Assembly (NCBI GenBank): GCA_965225945.1
Contig: CBDDBZ010000037.1
Coordinates: 384,001 to 448,000 of the forward strand
Source: Alphaproteobacteria bacterium
Lineage (GTDB): Bacteria; Pseudomonadota; Alphaproteobacteria; GCA-2731375
Direction: 5' to 3'
Length of the DNA stretch: 64,000 nt
How positions within the stretch are numbered: the first letter of the stretch is position 1; each line of letters starts with the position of its first letter. Shown piece by piece: positions 21,515-32,032 of the stretch. The notes under the pieces were generated by a model. That model saw only the letters and a program-made list of their open reading frames with translations. It was not told the origin of the DNA and searched no databases. The translations under genes were made by a program, and so were the position numbers.

Positions 21515-22406
21515 GGCTCTGTTGCAAACCTGACGTAGGGGTGAGTCAGATCAGGACGACAACCGTGCTTTCGTCATGTTTCTGCGTTGGCCAGACGGTC
21601 CTGTAGCAACGCCACCGCCTCGGTCAGAGCGCACGGTCCGAGATCGAAGGCACGCTCGACGATCCGGGCCTCGCCGACGATGCCGCCCTGGAGGGCGAAC
21701 GTCCCGGCCTGGCCCTTGCGCAGCGCGCGCATCACCTCGAAGCCCTTGATCGTGGCGTAGGCCGTCTTCAGCGTCTTGAACCCGCGCACGGGCCGGATCA
21801 GCAGCTTGAGCTTGCCGTGGTCGGCCTCGATGACGTTGTTGAGGTATTTCACCTGCCTGTGCCTCGTGTCCTTCGGGCACTTGCCCTCGGCCTTCAGCTC
21901 CGCGATGGCAGCGGCATAGGCCGGCGCCTTGTCGGTGTTGAGCACCTCGGGCTGCTCCCACTCTTTCAATCCTCTCAGCGCCTTGCCGAGAAATCGCTTC
22001 GCTGCCTTGGTGTTGCGGGTCGCCGAGAGGTAGAAATCGATCGTGTTCCCGGGCTTGTCCACCGCCCGGTACAGATACGCCCACTTGCCGCGGACCTTGA
22101 TGTAGGTCTCGTCGACGCGCCAACTCCGCGACTGCGGCCGGCGCCACTGCCGGCGCAGACGTTTCTCCATCTCCGGCGCGAAACGCTGCACCCAACGATA
22201 GATCGTGGAGTGGTCGACCGCGACGCCGCGCTCGGTCATCATCGCTTCGAGGTCGCGGTAGCTGATCGGATACTGGCAGTACCAGCGTACGGCCCAGAGC
22301 ACGATCTCCCCCCGGAAGTGACGTCCCTTGAAGTCGCTCATGCCTCAACCCCTCTCGGCAGATCACACAGACACGTCACCAAATAGCCGGATTTTGCAAC
22401 AGAGCC
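21515..22406 (-). mobile_element. IS6-family element (IS6100-like)
   Basis: Perfect IR GGCTCTGTTGCAAA at both ends; no TSD. Confidence 0.95.
21574..22341 (-). CDS. IS6-family transposase
   Basis: FKGRHF..WRVDETYIKVRGKW..TDK..YLNNVIEADH. Confidence 0.95.
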   Translation of the reverse strand: MSDFKGRHFRGEIVLWAVRWYCQYPISYRDLEAMMTERGVAVDHSTIYRWVQRFAPEMEKRLRRQWRRPQSRSWRVDETYIKVRGKWAYLYRAVDKPGNTIDFYLSATRNTKAAKRFLGKALRGLKEWEQPEVLNTDKAPAYAAAIAELKAEGKCPKDTRHRQVKYLNNVIEADHGKLKLLIRPVRGFKTLKTAYATIKGFEVMRALRKGQAGTFALQGGIVGEARIVERAFDLGPCALTEAVALLQDRLANAET

Positions 22407-23299
22407 CGATAAAGTATCAGATGATTAGTTTACTCAACGGTGTAACTATAGATCAACCACTGATATTACAAGAAGGATTGGGGATGTATCAATTGCCCCA
22501 ATCGTCAAACGAGATCGCCGCGTACTTGCCCGCGATGAGCTTGGATATGCATGGGCTCCACGCTCTGTTGGGGCGTGTGGGGCTTTCAATCGAATGTGAA
22601 GCCGGTCCTGCGCTGTTCTCGCCATCAAAGGGAGAGCCATTTTCAAATAGTATGAAGCACACATGGGCGGGAGGAGAAATCGAAAATCTATCTGTTGACG
22701 GTTTTTGCGAAGCAATGTTTTTAGCGTGCGGCGGATGCGTCCGGTGGGAATTCAGCTGGAGGGACTTTGGGGACGTTCGAGAATTCCTTAGTGTGTACGG
22801 CGGAACATCATTTACTAATGTGCCAATTTGGACCAATGCATCTGGCTTTACTCAAGAGAATTTAGAGCATGCACGAGAAATACATAATCTGCGAAATGCG
22901 AGGAGGGAAAGCAAACCAGGTTTGGACACTGCGGTTAGGAGGTGGATCAAGTCTAAATCGTCAGAATCATCATTCTCGGATCAACTTATAGATCTACGTA
23001 TCGCTTTAGAAGCTTTGTATTTGGATAACACAGAAGGAGAGCTTCGATTTGGTCTGGCAAGCCACGGAGCGTGGCACATAAGCCAAAGCACGGACGAAAG
23101 GAAACAGAATTTTCAAACATTATTGCAGACGTACAAGCTGGCATCCAGTGCAGTTCATGGAGGCGATGTCAAGACGAACGACAAAAACAAGACACTGTTG
23201 GAGAATGCACAGACTCTATGCCAAAAAGGAATTATGAAACGATTAAAAGAGAAAGTAGATCCGAAGTGGAACGAATTGATAATGGGGGACATTATCTAG
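22407..23299 (+). pseudogene. Apea-like HEPN domain protein, probably 5'-truncated by IS6
   Basis: DQLIDLRIALEALY..GELRF..YKLASSAVHG; low GC; the frame is open back into the IS6 end. Confidence 0.65.
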
Positions 23300-23326
23300 A
23301 GAAGACTGTCAGGTTGTGTAGAGATG

Positions 23327-23459
23327 CCCGCGCGGTGCGGATGGTTCTGGATCACGAGGGCGAACACGCCTCGCATTGGGCGGCTGTTTCCTCGATAGCC
23401 GGGAAGATTGGCTGCACTTTCTCAAGAGTTGGAGCCTCCGCCAAACCCGGTGCGGTTCA
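23327..23459. mobile_element. IS3-family remnant (orfA piece plus an inverted terminal sequence)
   Basis: RAVRMVLDHEGEHASHWAAVSSIAGKIGCT, followed by GGAGCCTCCGCCAAACCCGGTGCGGTTCA. Confidence 0.7.
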
Positions 23460-23493
23460 AGTTGCCAGATGCGAAATCCCTTACACTATTTAA

Positions 23494-24954
23494 CAGCCCG
23501 TTGATTAAGTGGCTTTTTCCGGCTCTCACTCCCAGATGAGGAATGCGGCGGCGAAAACCGTCTGGCCGCTTTGCGAGACCCCCAGTGCGACCAGCATGGC
23601 CCCGGTGGGCGTGAGCAGCACGAAAATACCGCCATATCCGCCCGCCACGGCCTCGCGCGGGGTGCCGGCGCCGATGAGTTGGCGCATCAGCAACGATAGG
23701 TTGTGGCCGGCGACGTGGAGCAGGTATCGCTTGTGCACGTTCTCGCGGCCCCGAAGCCAGGTCCGGCGCATGCCGCCGCGATCGAGGTTGTGGGCGAAGG
23801 AGCGCTCGACGATCTCGGCGCGCAGCTTGAAGGCTTCCTTGGCCACCCCCGATAACAGCCGGGTCCGGTTGTTGGTGACCGCGCGCCGCGCCGCCTCGTC
23901 GCCGCGCCAGCGCGCGAAGCCCTTCTGCTTGGGCTCGGCGATCCGGGTCTTCCACGGGCCGTTGTCCAAGGCCTTCAAGACCGCCCGTGAGTGATAGCCT
24001 TTGTCGGTCACACATTCGGCCGGGTCCTCTGCCGTCGGCGCCGCGTCAACGCTCGCAAGGTTCTCCTTGGCCGTCTCCAACGTTTTGGGAAGCGTCGTCG
24101 TGTCGCCCTCGTCGGCCGGGTGCAGCTCGGCGGCCACCACCGCGCCGGTGTCCAGATCCACCGCGTGCTCGGGCTTGTAGGCCAGATGCGTCGTGCCGTC
24201 CTTCATCTTGGCGATCTTGGCCTCGGGATCGCTCTTCGAAACCCAGTCCTCGTTGGAAAGCTTCTTGCCCTTGCGCTTGCGGTCCAGACGCGCCAAGTCC
24301 TCGGCCGTGGGCGTCTCGATGCCGCTCTCCCGGGCCAGGTGCTCCAGCATCTCCCGGTAGCCTTCACCCGTGTCGCGCCGCACGATGTTGCGCAGCGCCG
24401 CGTTGGCCTCCATGGTCGAGGCATCCACCCCGATGCGCTCGCCCTTCACCAGACCCGCCTCGCCGATCAAGGCCAGAACCCAGTCGAAGACCGCCGCGTG
24501 GACTTCATGGGGCAGGCGCGCGCGGGTCCGTGACAGCCAGGAATGGTCCGGCACCCGTTCCCGCATCTCCAACAGCAGGAACTCCCGTAGCGACAGGGAA
24601 TCCGAGCAGCGCCACTCCAGCCCACGCTCAGAGTCGATACCCTCGAAGTAGCCCACCAGGTGCATACGGAAGTAGCGCCCGGGTGGCACCGAAGGCGCCC
24701 CCATCCTGGCCGCGTAATAGGGCTGGCAGACCGCCTCGGCGAAGCCGTCGAAGCCGCCCTCGATCAGCACCGACTGCAGGCGGTCGTAAAACACATGACC
24801 CGGCGAGCGCGGCATCTCCGCCCAGCCCACCATCAAGTCCCCCTGAGGATCCTTCTGCTGTCCCATCGCCATCGGCGAATCCTCCGGTCAAATCAGAACA
24901 TCAAAGAATCAGACCAAGCCGCTTGCGTCCAGTGCCGACTTCGTCAACGGGCTG
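23494..24954 (-). mobile_element. IS1182/IS5-like element
   Basis: IR CAGCCCGTTGA; TTAA on both flanks (23490-23493, 24955-24958). Confidence 0.88.
23526..24872 (-). CDS. DUF772 + DDE transposase (IS1182-like)
   Basis: PDHSWLSRTR, GVDASTMEANA, TDKGYHS, VERSFA. Confidence 0.88.
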   Translation of the reverse strand: MAMGQQKDPQGDLMVGWAEMPRSPGHVFYDRLQSVLIEGGFDGFAEAVCQPYYAARMGAPSVPPGRYFRMHLVGYFEGIDSERGLEWRCSDSLSLREFLLLEMRERVPDHSWLSRTRARLPHEVHAAVFDWVLALIGEAGLVKGERIGVDASTMEANAALRNIVRRDTGEGYREMLEHLARESGIETPTAEDLARLDRKRKGKKLSNEDWVSKSDPEAKIAKMKDGTTHLAYKPEHAVDLDTGAVVAAELHPADEGDTTTLPKTLETAKENLASVDAAPTAEDPAECVTDKGYHSRAVLKALDNGPWKTRIAEPKQKGFARWRGDEAARRAVTNNRTRLLSGVAKEAFKLRAEIVERSFAHNLDRGGMRRTWLRGRENVHKRYLLHVAGHNLSLLMRQLIGAGTPREAVAGGYGGIFVLLTPTGAMLVALGVSQSGQTVFAAAFLIWE

Positions 24955-25277
24955 TTAAACAGCTCGTCCGAGGTCATCGGCCTCGCGGTGATGAGAGCTT
25001 GATGCCAATCATGCTCACCGAGTGATTGCGGAAACGCATCAGGACGCTTGCCTTGGCCAACCCGGTGAACGCCTGGTCATCTTCTTCCCCAATGGGTGCG
25101 CGCTCCATTCTCTTCCTTGATCTTGTGGTCCTCCGGCACACAAGAAACTCGTAGCCTCCACACGGGCGCACTGCCCCCCGCAGTACTTCCCGGCGGTTCC
25201 CGCCCGAGCTACGCTACTCCGAGATTCAGGATGGACTGCCTGTCCATCCCAACGATGTACGACCTGCGGTGCCGTTC

Positions 25278-25769
25278 ATGCGAAAGAAAGCGCCCCGGCG
25301 CGCCTCTCTCGACGAAGTGAAGATCACCCGCGAGGGCGAAATGGCGGTTATCGAGCATGCCGACCCCAACGTGTCGGTGGCCCGCGTGAACGTCGGCTCT
25401 CAGCTCCAAACCATGTCCGACGGCGCTGTGCTCGACCTGTTCAACGCGATGATGGACGCACAAGAGAACTTCGCTGCCGAGTTCGACAGCACCGCGGTCG
25501 AGATACCTCCCGGCAGACCTCAGGTCAGGTTCGTCGAAGACAGCGCCCAATGGGTGCCTCGCGGCCGAGTGCTCCGCTGCCATATCGAGGACGACGAGAA
25601 TGGTGAGACTGTGATCTATATCGACGACCGAGCATTCGACCTCGCCGAGTTCGACGGCCTGCTGCGATTTTTTGCCGGGTGGGGCATGCGCATCACCTTC
25701 GTGCCCGAAGACCAGGTCACGGAGCAGCCCAAGATCGAGGTGCGCGAGCCGGAGGACGAAGAGGGCTAG
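25278..25769 (+). CDS. Hypothetical protein
   Basis: Coherent acidic ORF with host-like codon use (IYIDDRAFDLAEFDGLLRFFAGWGMRITF). Confidence 0.65.
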   Translation: MRKKAPRRASLDEVKITREGEMAVIEHADPNVSVARVNVGSQLQTMSDGAVLDLFNAMMDAQENFAAEFDSTAVEIPPGRPQVRFVEDSAQWVPRGRVLRCHIEDDENGETVIYIDDRAFDLAEFDGLLRFFAGWGMRITFVPEDQVTEQPKIEVREPEDEEG

Positions 25770-25787
25770 GAACGCGGCGAGGGCGTC

Positions 25788-27168
25788 GAGCTATTGTCAA
25801 AAGTTGGTGACGCAGGTTTCAGGCGGCGCGTTCGGTTAGCTTTTCTCGGTCCTTGAATTTGACGCCTTGAATGATGTCGGCGATCTGGTGCGAGCCGTCC
25901 AGGCGGCGCCACTTCTTGCTGGCCGACTGGCACAGCTTGAAGACCATGGTGAGCGCCGTCATGCGGCTGAGGCAGCCCTTGGTCTTGGTGGTCCTGAGGC
26001 GCGCGGTCGCAAAGGTGCTTTCGATGGGATTGGTGGTGCGAATGTGCTTCCAGTGCTCGGCCGGGAAGTCGTAGAAGGCGAGCAACACGTCGCGGTCCTT
26101 GGCCAGGCAGGCCACCGCTTTGTCGTACTTGGGGCCATGGGCCTCGAGGAAGAAGTCGAAGGCCTTCTCGGCCACCGCGCGGGTCTCGGCCATCCAGATG
26201 TCCTGTAGGTGCTGCTTGGCGCGTGGCTGGACGGACTTCGGGAGCTTGTTGAGCACGTTGGCGGTCTTGTGCACCCAACAACGCTGCTCGCGCGTCGTCC
26301 CGTAGACCTCGCGCAAGGCTTTCCAGAAACCGAGCGCCCCGTCGCCGGTGGCCAGCTCGGGCGCAATCGCCAGGCCGCGGCGCTTGAGATCGAGCAGCAC
26401 TTCGCGCCAGGACTGGGCGCTCTCCCGGTAGCCGTCGGCGATCGCCAGCCGCTCCTTGCGGCCCAGCTCGTCGGCACCGATGATCACGCACATGCATTGC
26501 TTGTCATGGTCGAGCCGTGGTGAGAAGTAGACGCCGTCGGCCCAGAAGTAGACATGACGCTTGGCCGAGAGATCGCGCCGTTGCCAATGCTCCAGCTCGC
26601 CTTGCCAGACCTCCTTGAGGCGGGCAATGGTCGAGGCCGAGAGCCCCGGCGCCTCGGGCCCCAAGAGCGCCGCAAGCGCCTCGCAGAAATCGCCCGTGGA
26701 GATGCCCTTCAGATAAAGCCAGGGCAGGAGTTCCTCGATCGACTTGGCGCGCCTGAGATAGGGAGGCAAGATCCGTGAGGTGAAGCGAACCCGCGGCCCC
26801 GTCTCGCCGGCGCCTCGGTCGCGCACCCTGGGACAGCGCACCGCAACCGGACCAATGCCGGTCTGGATCTCACGCTCCGGCAAATGCCCGTGGCGTACGA
26901 TCCGACGGCGGCCGGCCGAGTCCGTCATATGCGCATACGCCTCGACAAAACCGGCAACTTCCGCCCCCACCGCTTGCCCAAGTAAACGCCGCGCACCAAG
27001 ACGCAAAACCTCCGTCAGCGGATCGTCCTCAAATGATCCTGGTTGGCGAAGCTGGACGACTGTATCCTCTCTCATGGCGTATCCCTCCTTCGTGGAAAAT
27101 GGCGACTCTAACATCGCCAGGATACGCCGCCCTCATCTCATCCCATCACCAACTTTCGGGTATAGCTC
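25788..27168 (-). mobile_element. IS256-family element
   Basis: Imperfect IRs GAGCTAT..AAAGTTGGTGA; 9-bp TSD GAGGGCGTC at 25779-25787 and 27169-27177. Confidence 0.95.
25819..27075 (-). CDS. IS256-family transposase
   Basis: WADGVY, GDGALGF, QRCWVHK, RTTNPIES. Confidence 0.95.
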   Translation of the reverse strand: MREDTVVQLRQPGSFEDDPLTEVLRLGARRLLGQAVGAEVAGFVEAYAHMTDSAGRRRIVRHGHLPEREIQTGIGPVAVRCPRVRDRGAGETGPRVRFTSRILPPYLRRAKSIEELLPWLYLKGISTGDFCEALAALLGPEAPGLSASTIARLKEVWQGELEHWQRRDLSAKRHVYFWADGVYFSPRLDHDKQCMCVIIGADELGRKERLAIADGYRESAQSWREVLLDLKRRGLAIAPELATGDGALGFWKALREVYGTTREQRCWVHKTANVLNKLPKSVQPRAKQHLQDIWMAETRAVAEKAFDFFLEAHGPKYDKAVACLAKDRDVLLAFYDFPAEHWKHIRTTNPIESTFATARLRTTKTKGCLSRMTALTMVFKLCQSASKKWRRLDGSHQIADIIQGVKFKDREKLTERAA

Positions 27169-27766
27169 GAGGGCGTCTTCGACAAGTCTCTAACTGGAAC
27201 CTGTCCTCACCAAGAATTTGATCTGCGGGTTTGGGCCTTGATCCCGCGACGCATCGTGAGCCGATCCGGCGGCGATGCTTGCACTTCTGAACGCCATTTT
27301 CTGGAGTTTGTTTACGCGCTCGTTGCGCCCCTCGCGGCCTTCTGAGTGCCCGCCATGCGTGCGCTAATGCTCGCCCAAGCTTAAGGTATCTCGTGCACGC
27401 TTTATCCGCCGCCCGCCGGAAACGCGCCCCACTCGGACCAACCTCGTGATCGTGTCTCGATTCGAGACCGTTGATGAGATTCTCTGCCACACAAGGTCCG
27501 GGATGCCCGGCAGTCGTAACGAAGCCGCTTCCACGTTGATTGCGGCATCGTTGAAGCGGCTCCTACCCGCCGCCACGAAAGCCACTGAGTTCGGCATCAA
27601 GACAACGGATTGCGTGAATGACGGAGACAATCACGGTCCAGAGACCCACGTACGTGTCCGAAATGTATCCCGTGCCCGTGTGGTGTATCATCGTGTCCAG
27701 ACTCGGCAGCGCGCATCGCTCCGTTGGCGAGTGGCCTCCGCGGCACAAGGGCGACGGCAAGACGAT

Positions 27767-28229
27767 ATGAACCAAGCGGTGCAGCCTCGGATGTTCGTGG
27801 ACGGCAACTAATGTGATGGGGTCACGGCCAGACGGCTGGTGGCGCGACCGTGCCGGAGCCGCGCGAAGAATCGCCGCCGAGATCGCCCTGCTTGCGCGCA
27901 ACCGTAAGGGGGTATGGACGATTGTGTTCGATGGGCCGGGGCCGCGTGGCACGGAACCGTCGCCGGAGCACCTTACGGTGATTCACGCTGGGCATGGCGG
28001 CCGCGATAGCGCGGACGATCGCATCGTGGAGTTGGTGGGTGCACTCCCAGATCGGGCGATGGCACTGGTCTACACCTCCGACGCGGCTTTGCGCGCACGT
28101 TTGCATGTGATGGGCGCGCAGGTCGTTGGCGCCCGGGCACTGCTGAAGGATATCGCGGCTGTGCGCGGCACAGTGGAGCCTGCCACCAGTGGCGGTGCAT
28201 TTGCCCCCCGGCGCCGACGCCAGGCATGA
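27767..28229 (+). pseudogene. NYN/YacP-like PIN RNase, +1 frameshift near 27809
   Basis: Deleting one T gives FVDGNNVMGSRPDGWWRDR..VFDG..SADDRI..YTSD. Confidence 0.7.
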
Positions 28230-28255
28230 CCTTGGGTGTTATTCGGTGCTGAACT

Positions 28256-28480
28256 TTGACCCCGATCCCCCGACGCATGTGCTGCGGTCGAGGGCGCGCC
28301 GGCTGCTGGCCGAAGCGCTCGAGTCGGAGGTCGAAGCTTTTGTTGCCGCGCATGCCGATCTTACGGACGAGAATGGATGCCGCTGGGTGGTGCGCCATGG
28401 TTATCAGCCCGCGCGCGAGGTGCAGACGGGGGATCGGCGCGGTTGCAGTGCGCCGGCCGCGGGTTCGTGACCGTCACCCC
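28256..28480 (+). pseudogene. IS256 transposase 5' remnant
   Basis: ARRLLAEALESEV..VVRHGYQPAREVQTG..RPRVRDR is homologous to the N-terminus of 25819-27075. Confidence 0.75.
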
Positions 28481-28617
28481 GATGCCACCGAACGGCGAGC
28501 GAACCTATATCGTCACCTAAGCCATCTCCGATACTCGGCGATGGCGTCGTGTCTTCAAGACCATGAACGGTTTCGAAGAATGGCTCCAGCTCTCGGACTT
28601 TCAATGCCGGCTGTCTC

Positions 28618-28779
28618 GCTGGGGCGTATGACGAACGCAGTGATACCTTCCTGATCATGGACGTGAACCCCAACCGGGCACCCTGGGTGTGGGTCAGGTC
28701 CGATGACCTGACTGCGGCTATGCGGACCTTCGATACGGTCGAAAACCGCGGCTACCTACTGGTTTCGGAAGTGGAATAG
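28618..28779 (+). pseudogene. Phytochelatin-synthase-family C-terminal fragment
   Basis: Manual translation: AGAYDERSDTFLIMDVNPNRAPWVWVRSDDLTAAMRTFDTVENRGYLLVSEVE*. Confidence 0.6.
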
Positions 28780-28946
28780 AAGAACGACAGACATGTTCGG
28801 CGGGAGGCATCGATCGGCGATCGAACGATGCGAAGATGTTACAGCGGACTCGGAGCGCGGCTAAAGGGTACGTTGAGACGCCGCTCCCAGGTGCACCCTT
28901 CGGCGAATCTCTCCCCGATCGGCCCTGCCGTAGTTGCGCCGGTTAG

Positions 28947-29582
28947 TCAGAAGCCGGCCGCTGCCGCTTGCCGCTCGGCCTTCTCCCGCTCCCACTCGGC
29001 GAATTCCTCGGCCGTCAGACCCCAGCTCGGCGGCTCCTTGAGGTATTCCGCCTCCTCCGGCGTGCTGTCGCGCCCGAGCACCGCGTTGCGGTGCGGGAAG
29101 CGGCCGAAACGGAGAATCGCGTCGCGGTGCCCGATCGCGGCCGCCAGCGAGCGCTCCTCTCCCAGCCCCTTATAGAGCTCCAGTGCGCGGTCTTGGTCCG
29201 CGACGTTCTCGCTGTGCTCGAAGGGGAGGTAGAGGAACACCCTGAACGCCGGGCAGATGCCCTCGTCGTAGCCCCGGTTCAGCGCGATGCGGGCGATCTC
29301 GCGCGCCTTGGCGTCGGATGCGAAGGCGCGCGGCGTGCCGCGGAAGATGTTACGGGGAAACTGGTCGAGCGCCAGCACCAGCGCAAGGCACTCCTCGCGC
29401 GTCTCGACGAAGCCATCGAAAGCCCCGCCCGCCGTCCGCTCGTGGCTTACGGTGTAACGCTCACGCAGCGTGGCGTCGAACTCGGGCGTGGAACGGAACC
29501 ACACCTGCCGCCGCTCCATCACGGTGGAGAGGTCGGTGGTGCCGAACCAGAATGTAAGAATGTCTTCCGCGATCAGGTGCAT
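28947..29582 (-). CDS. DUF924 family protein
   Basis: LDQFPRNIFRG, FLYLPFEHSE, RFGRFPHRN. Confidence 0.92.
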   Translation of the reverse strand: MHLIAEDILTFWFGTTDLSTVMERRQVWFRSTPEFDATLRERYTVSHERTAGGAFDGFVETREECLALVLALDQFPRNIFRGTPRAFASDAKAREIARIALNRGYDEGICPAFRVFLYLPFEHSENVADQDRALELYKGLGEERSLAAAIGHRDAILRFGRFPHRNAVLGRDSTPEEAEYLKEPPSWGLTAEEFAEWEREKAERQAAAAGF

Positions 29583-29614
29583 GGGATTGGGGAGGAACCG
29601 CTGGCATTGTCAGA

Positions 29615-29690
29615 CTAAAATGAGCGCCACGGCCCGCGCCGGTGAATGACCTCGGCTTTGTAAAGACCATTGATGGTCTCGTCCAGAGCA
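29615..29690 (-). pseudogene. IS3-family integrase-core remnant
   Basis: ETINGLYKAEVIHRRGPWRS. Confidence 0.7.
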
Positions 29691-29718
29691 GTCATAGAAG
29701 CCGCCGACTGATGCTGCG

Positions 29719-30891
29719 CTATTCCGCGGCATCGAGGTCTCGGTCGATGCTGTCTCCGATGCGGGCGGCGGATGCCTTGACGGTGTCGCGGGCGAGATGG
29801 GCGTATCGGGCGGTCGTCTGGACCTGCGTGTGTCCCAGCAATTTTCCTATCATGGGCAAGCCCTCGCCGAGCGCCAACGCGCGGGAAGCGAACGAATGGC
29901 GGAGGTCGTGAATTCTCACCCCGTCGAGTCCGGAGCGGGCTCGGATACGCCGCCAGGGGTGCTGCAGGTCGGTGAGGTGCCAGCCCGGCTTGCGGCCCGC
30001 GATCACCCACGGATTGTCCTCATCGCGGGGCAGGGAGGTCAGCAACCGTACGGCGGAGGGCGCAAGCGGGACCGCCCGCCCGCCGGTTTTGGTGTCGGGC
30101 AACCTCAGCTCGCCCGCATCGAGATCGACATGCTCCCAGCGCAGTTTCTGGATTTCCGACAGCCGGCAGCCGGTCAGCATCAGGAGACGGATTGCGGCTA
30201 CCGCCGAGCGGGTCTCCGATCCGTCCCCCAGAATCTCGTCGAGAACCTGGCCAAGCCGGGTGAACTCCTCCGCGCTCAGGAATCGTTCGCGCTTCTCCTC
30301 CTTGTAGCGCTTGACGTGCAGGCAGGGGTTTGAGCCGTCCGGACGCAGACCCCACAACTCGGCCAAGTTGAACATTTTTGAAAGCACCCCGAGGGTCCGG
30401 TTGGCCTGATAGGGAGTCTCCCGCATGCCATGGTGCAGTTCGGCGATGTCGCTCCGCTGGATCTCCGTCACCTTGCGGGTTCCGATCCTGGGGTCGATGA
30501 AGAACTTCACCGAACGGCGGTACTCGTAGGCCGTGCTCGGCTTGCAATGGACCGGGACGTACTCTTCCAAAAACCGCTTACCCAGAACCTTCATCGTTGC
30601 CGCCTTGCGGCCCTTGTCTCGAAGGGCGGCCGGATCCTTACCGCCCTTGGCCTCCGAGATCAGCGCCATGGCACGCCGCCGTGCGGTCTCCGGCGTCACC
30701 GCCCCATGGCGGCCCAGGGTCATGCGGCGCAGCCGGCCGTTGGCTCGGAACTGGACGACGTAATACTTGCGTCCCGAGGCGCGGACGCGAAGGCCGAAAC
30801 CGGGAAGATCGTCGTCCCAGTAGAACCTGTCCGACCCGTCGCCGGTGATCCTGTCGACGGTTCGCTTGGTGATCTTGATCTGAGCGGCCAT
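29719..30891 (-). CDS. Tyrosine integrase with arm-binding N-terminal domain
   Basis: WDDDLPGFGLRV; TGCRLSE, KTG, HDLRH, LGH, RYAH. Confidence 0.95.
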   Translation of the reverse strand: MAAQIKITKRTVDRITGDGSDRFYWDDDLPGFGLRVRASGRKYYVVQFRANGRLRRMTLGRHGAVTPETARRRAMALISEAKGGKDPAALRDKGRKAATMKVLGKRFLEEYVPVHCKPSTAYEYRRSVKFFIDPRIGTRKVTEIQRSDIAELHHGMRETPYQANRTLGVLSKMFNLAELWGLRPDGSNPCLHVKRYKEEKRERFLSAEEFTRLGQVLDEILGDGSETRSAVAAIRLLMLTGCRLSEIQKLRWEHVDLDAGELRLPDTKTGGRAVPLAPSAVRLLTSLPRDEDNPWVIAGRKPGWHLTDLQHPWRRIRARSGLDGVRIHDLRHSFASRALALGEGLPMIGKLLGHTQVQTTARYAHLARDTVKASAARIGDSIDRDLDAAE

Positions 30892-30916
30892 GGCGGGTTC
30901 CCGGTGTGTCCAGCAA

Positions 30917-30956
30917 TGGGAAGCACCATATCATATTGGGAATCACATGGGAATCA
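30917..30956. promoter_or_regulatory. Putative integrase arm-type binding repeats
   Basis: TGGGAA(G/T)CA at 30917, 30937 and 30948, between the integrase start and the att core. Confidence 0.55.
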
Positions 30957-31110
30957 TCAGAATTACAAACTCTGCGCATCCGTACGCACGATTGTCATGG
31001 TGACTGTCTCTTGCATGGTCACCGAACACCCGGTAAAATCGCCAATTATCATACTTTAGCGTACCTCTGCGCACCCATGGCTGTGACTGTCGTTCCGGTT
31101 ACTTGACAAA

Positions 31111-31155
31111 CTCATAACCTGAAGGTCGTTGGTTCAAATCCAACCCCCGCAACCA
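31111..31155 (+). other. 3' 45 nt of tRNA-fMet(CAT); att-site duplication
   Basis: CTCATAACCTGAAGGTCGTTGGTTCAAATCCAACCCCCGCAACCA contains the anticodon loop, T-arm and CCA; the 5' half is missing. Confidence 0.9.
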
Positions 31156-31158
31156 AAT

Positions 31159-31198
31159 AATCCCCGCTATTCCAATAGGATGGCGGGGATTTTCTTTT
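31159..31198 (+). terminator. Rho-independent terminator after the tRNA fragment
   Basis: Stem AATCCCCGC/GCGGGGATT followed by a T-rich tract. Confidence 0.7.
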
Positions 31199-31364
31199 GT
31201 GGCAAAGAACCCTGTTTTGCCCAGGTACCGTATAGGCACCGTTTTGTTTCCAAGTTGTGCGCAGCACTGCGCAGGGTGAAAGGTAAAGGTTCGGTTGGAC
31301 CGGTATGGGGGTATGGGGGATGTAAGTGTTCGGCGAAGCCGTGGAATCGTCCGGCTGGCGCGCG

Positions 31365-32032
31365 AGGTCGGGGGCCACCGACGGCGGCGCCATCAGGGCA
31401 TCTTGATCGCGGACAAACCGTTCCTCGATGCTCTCGCGATGGCCGCGCAGGATATCCGTTCCTCGTCTACGGCAGTGCGCCGCCAGATCGGCGTTGAAGG
31501 CGTCCCAGCTCTCGACGCGCGGGATCGGCACCATGAAGTTGCGCCGTGCGAGGCCGACCATCCCTTCAACCTTGACTTTATCGTTGCCCTTGCCGGGCCG
31601 GCCGTAGCGGTCCTCGAACAGATAGTGGGATTGCAACTTGCTGAAGTCCTGCGTCCGTTGCCGCGTGCCGTCCTTCAGAATCCGCGCGACCAGGCGCTTG
31701 TCGTTGTCGTAGAGGATCGAGCGCGGCACGCCGCCGAAGAAGGCAAAGGCGCAAACATGGCCGTCCAACCAGGCTACCGTCGTCGCCGCCGGATAGGCCT
31801 TCACGAAGCACCTGTCGCTATGGGGAAGAGCCATCACGAAGAAATGGATCTTCCCCTCCACGCCGGCGATGTACGCCTTGGCTTCCCCAAAATCCGCTTG
31901 CGCATGGCCGGGAGGGTGCGCCAGTGGCACGAACATCTCCCGCCGACGACGGCGGTGTTCGCGAACGTAGTCCTTGACGATGGTCTCCCCGCCCTCGAAG
32001 CCATGCTCGTCACGAAGACGCTCACGGATCCG
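31365..32032 (-). pseudogene. istA: IS21 istA internal fragment (third IS21 type)
   Basis: LRDEHGFEGGETIVKDY..HAQADFGEA..LYDND..DKVKVEG; both ends missing. Confidence 0.85.

Noticed and set aside
31111-31155. Functional tRNA-Met gene
   Set aside because: The 5' acceptor strand and D-arm are absent, so it is treated as an att fragment.
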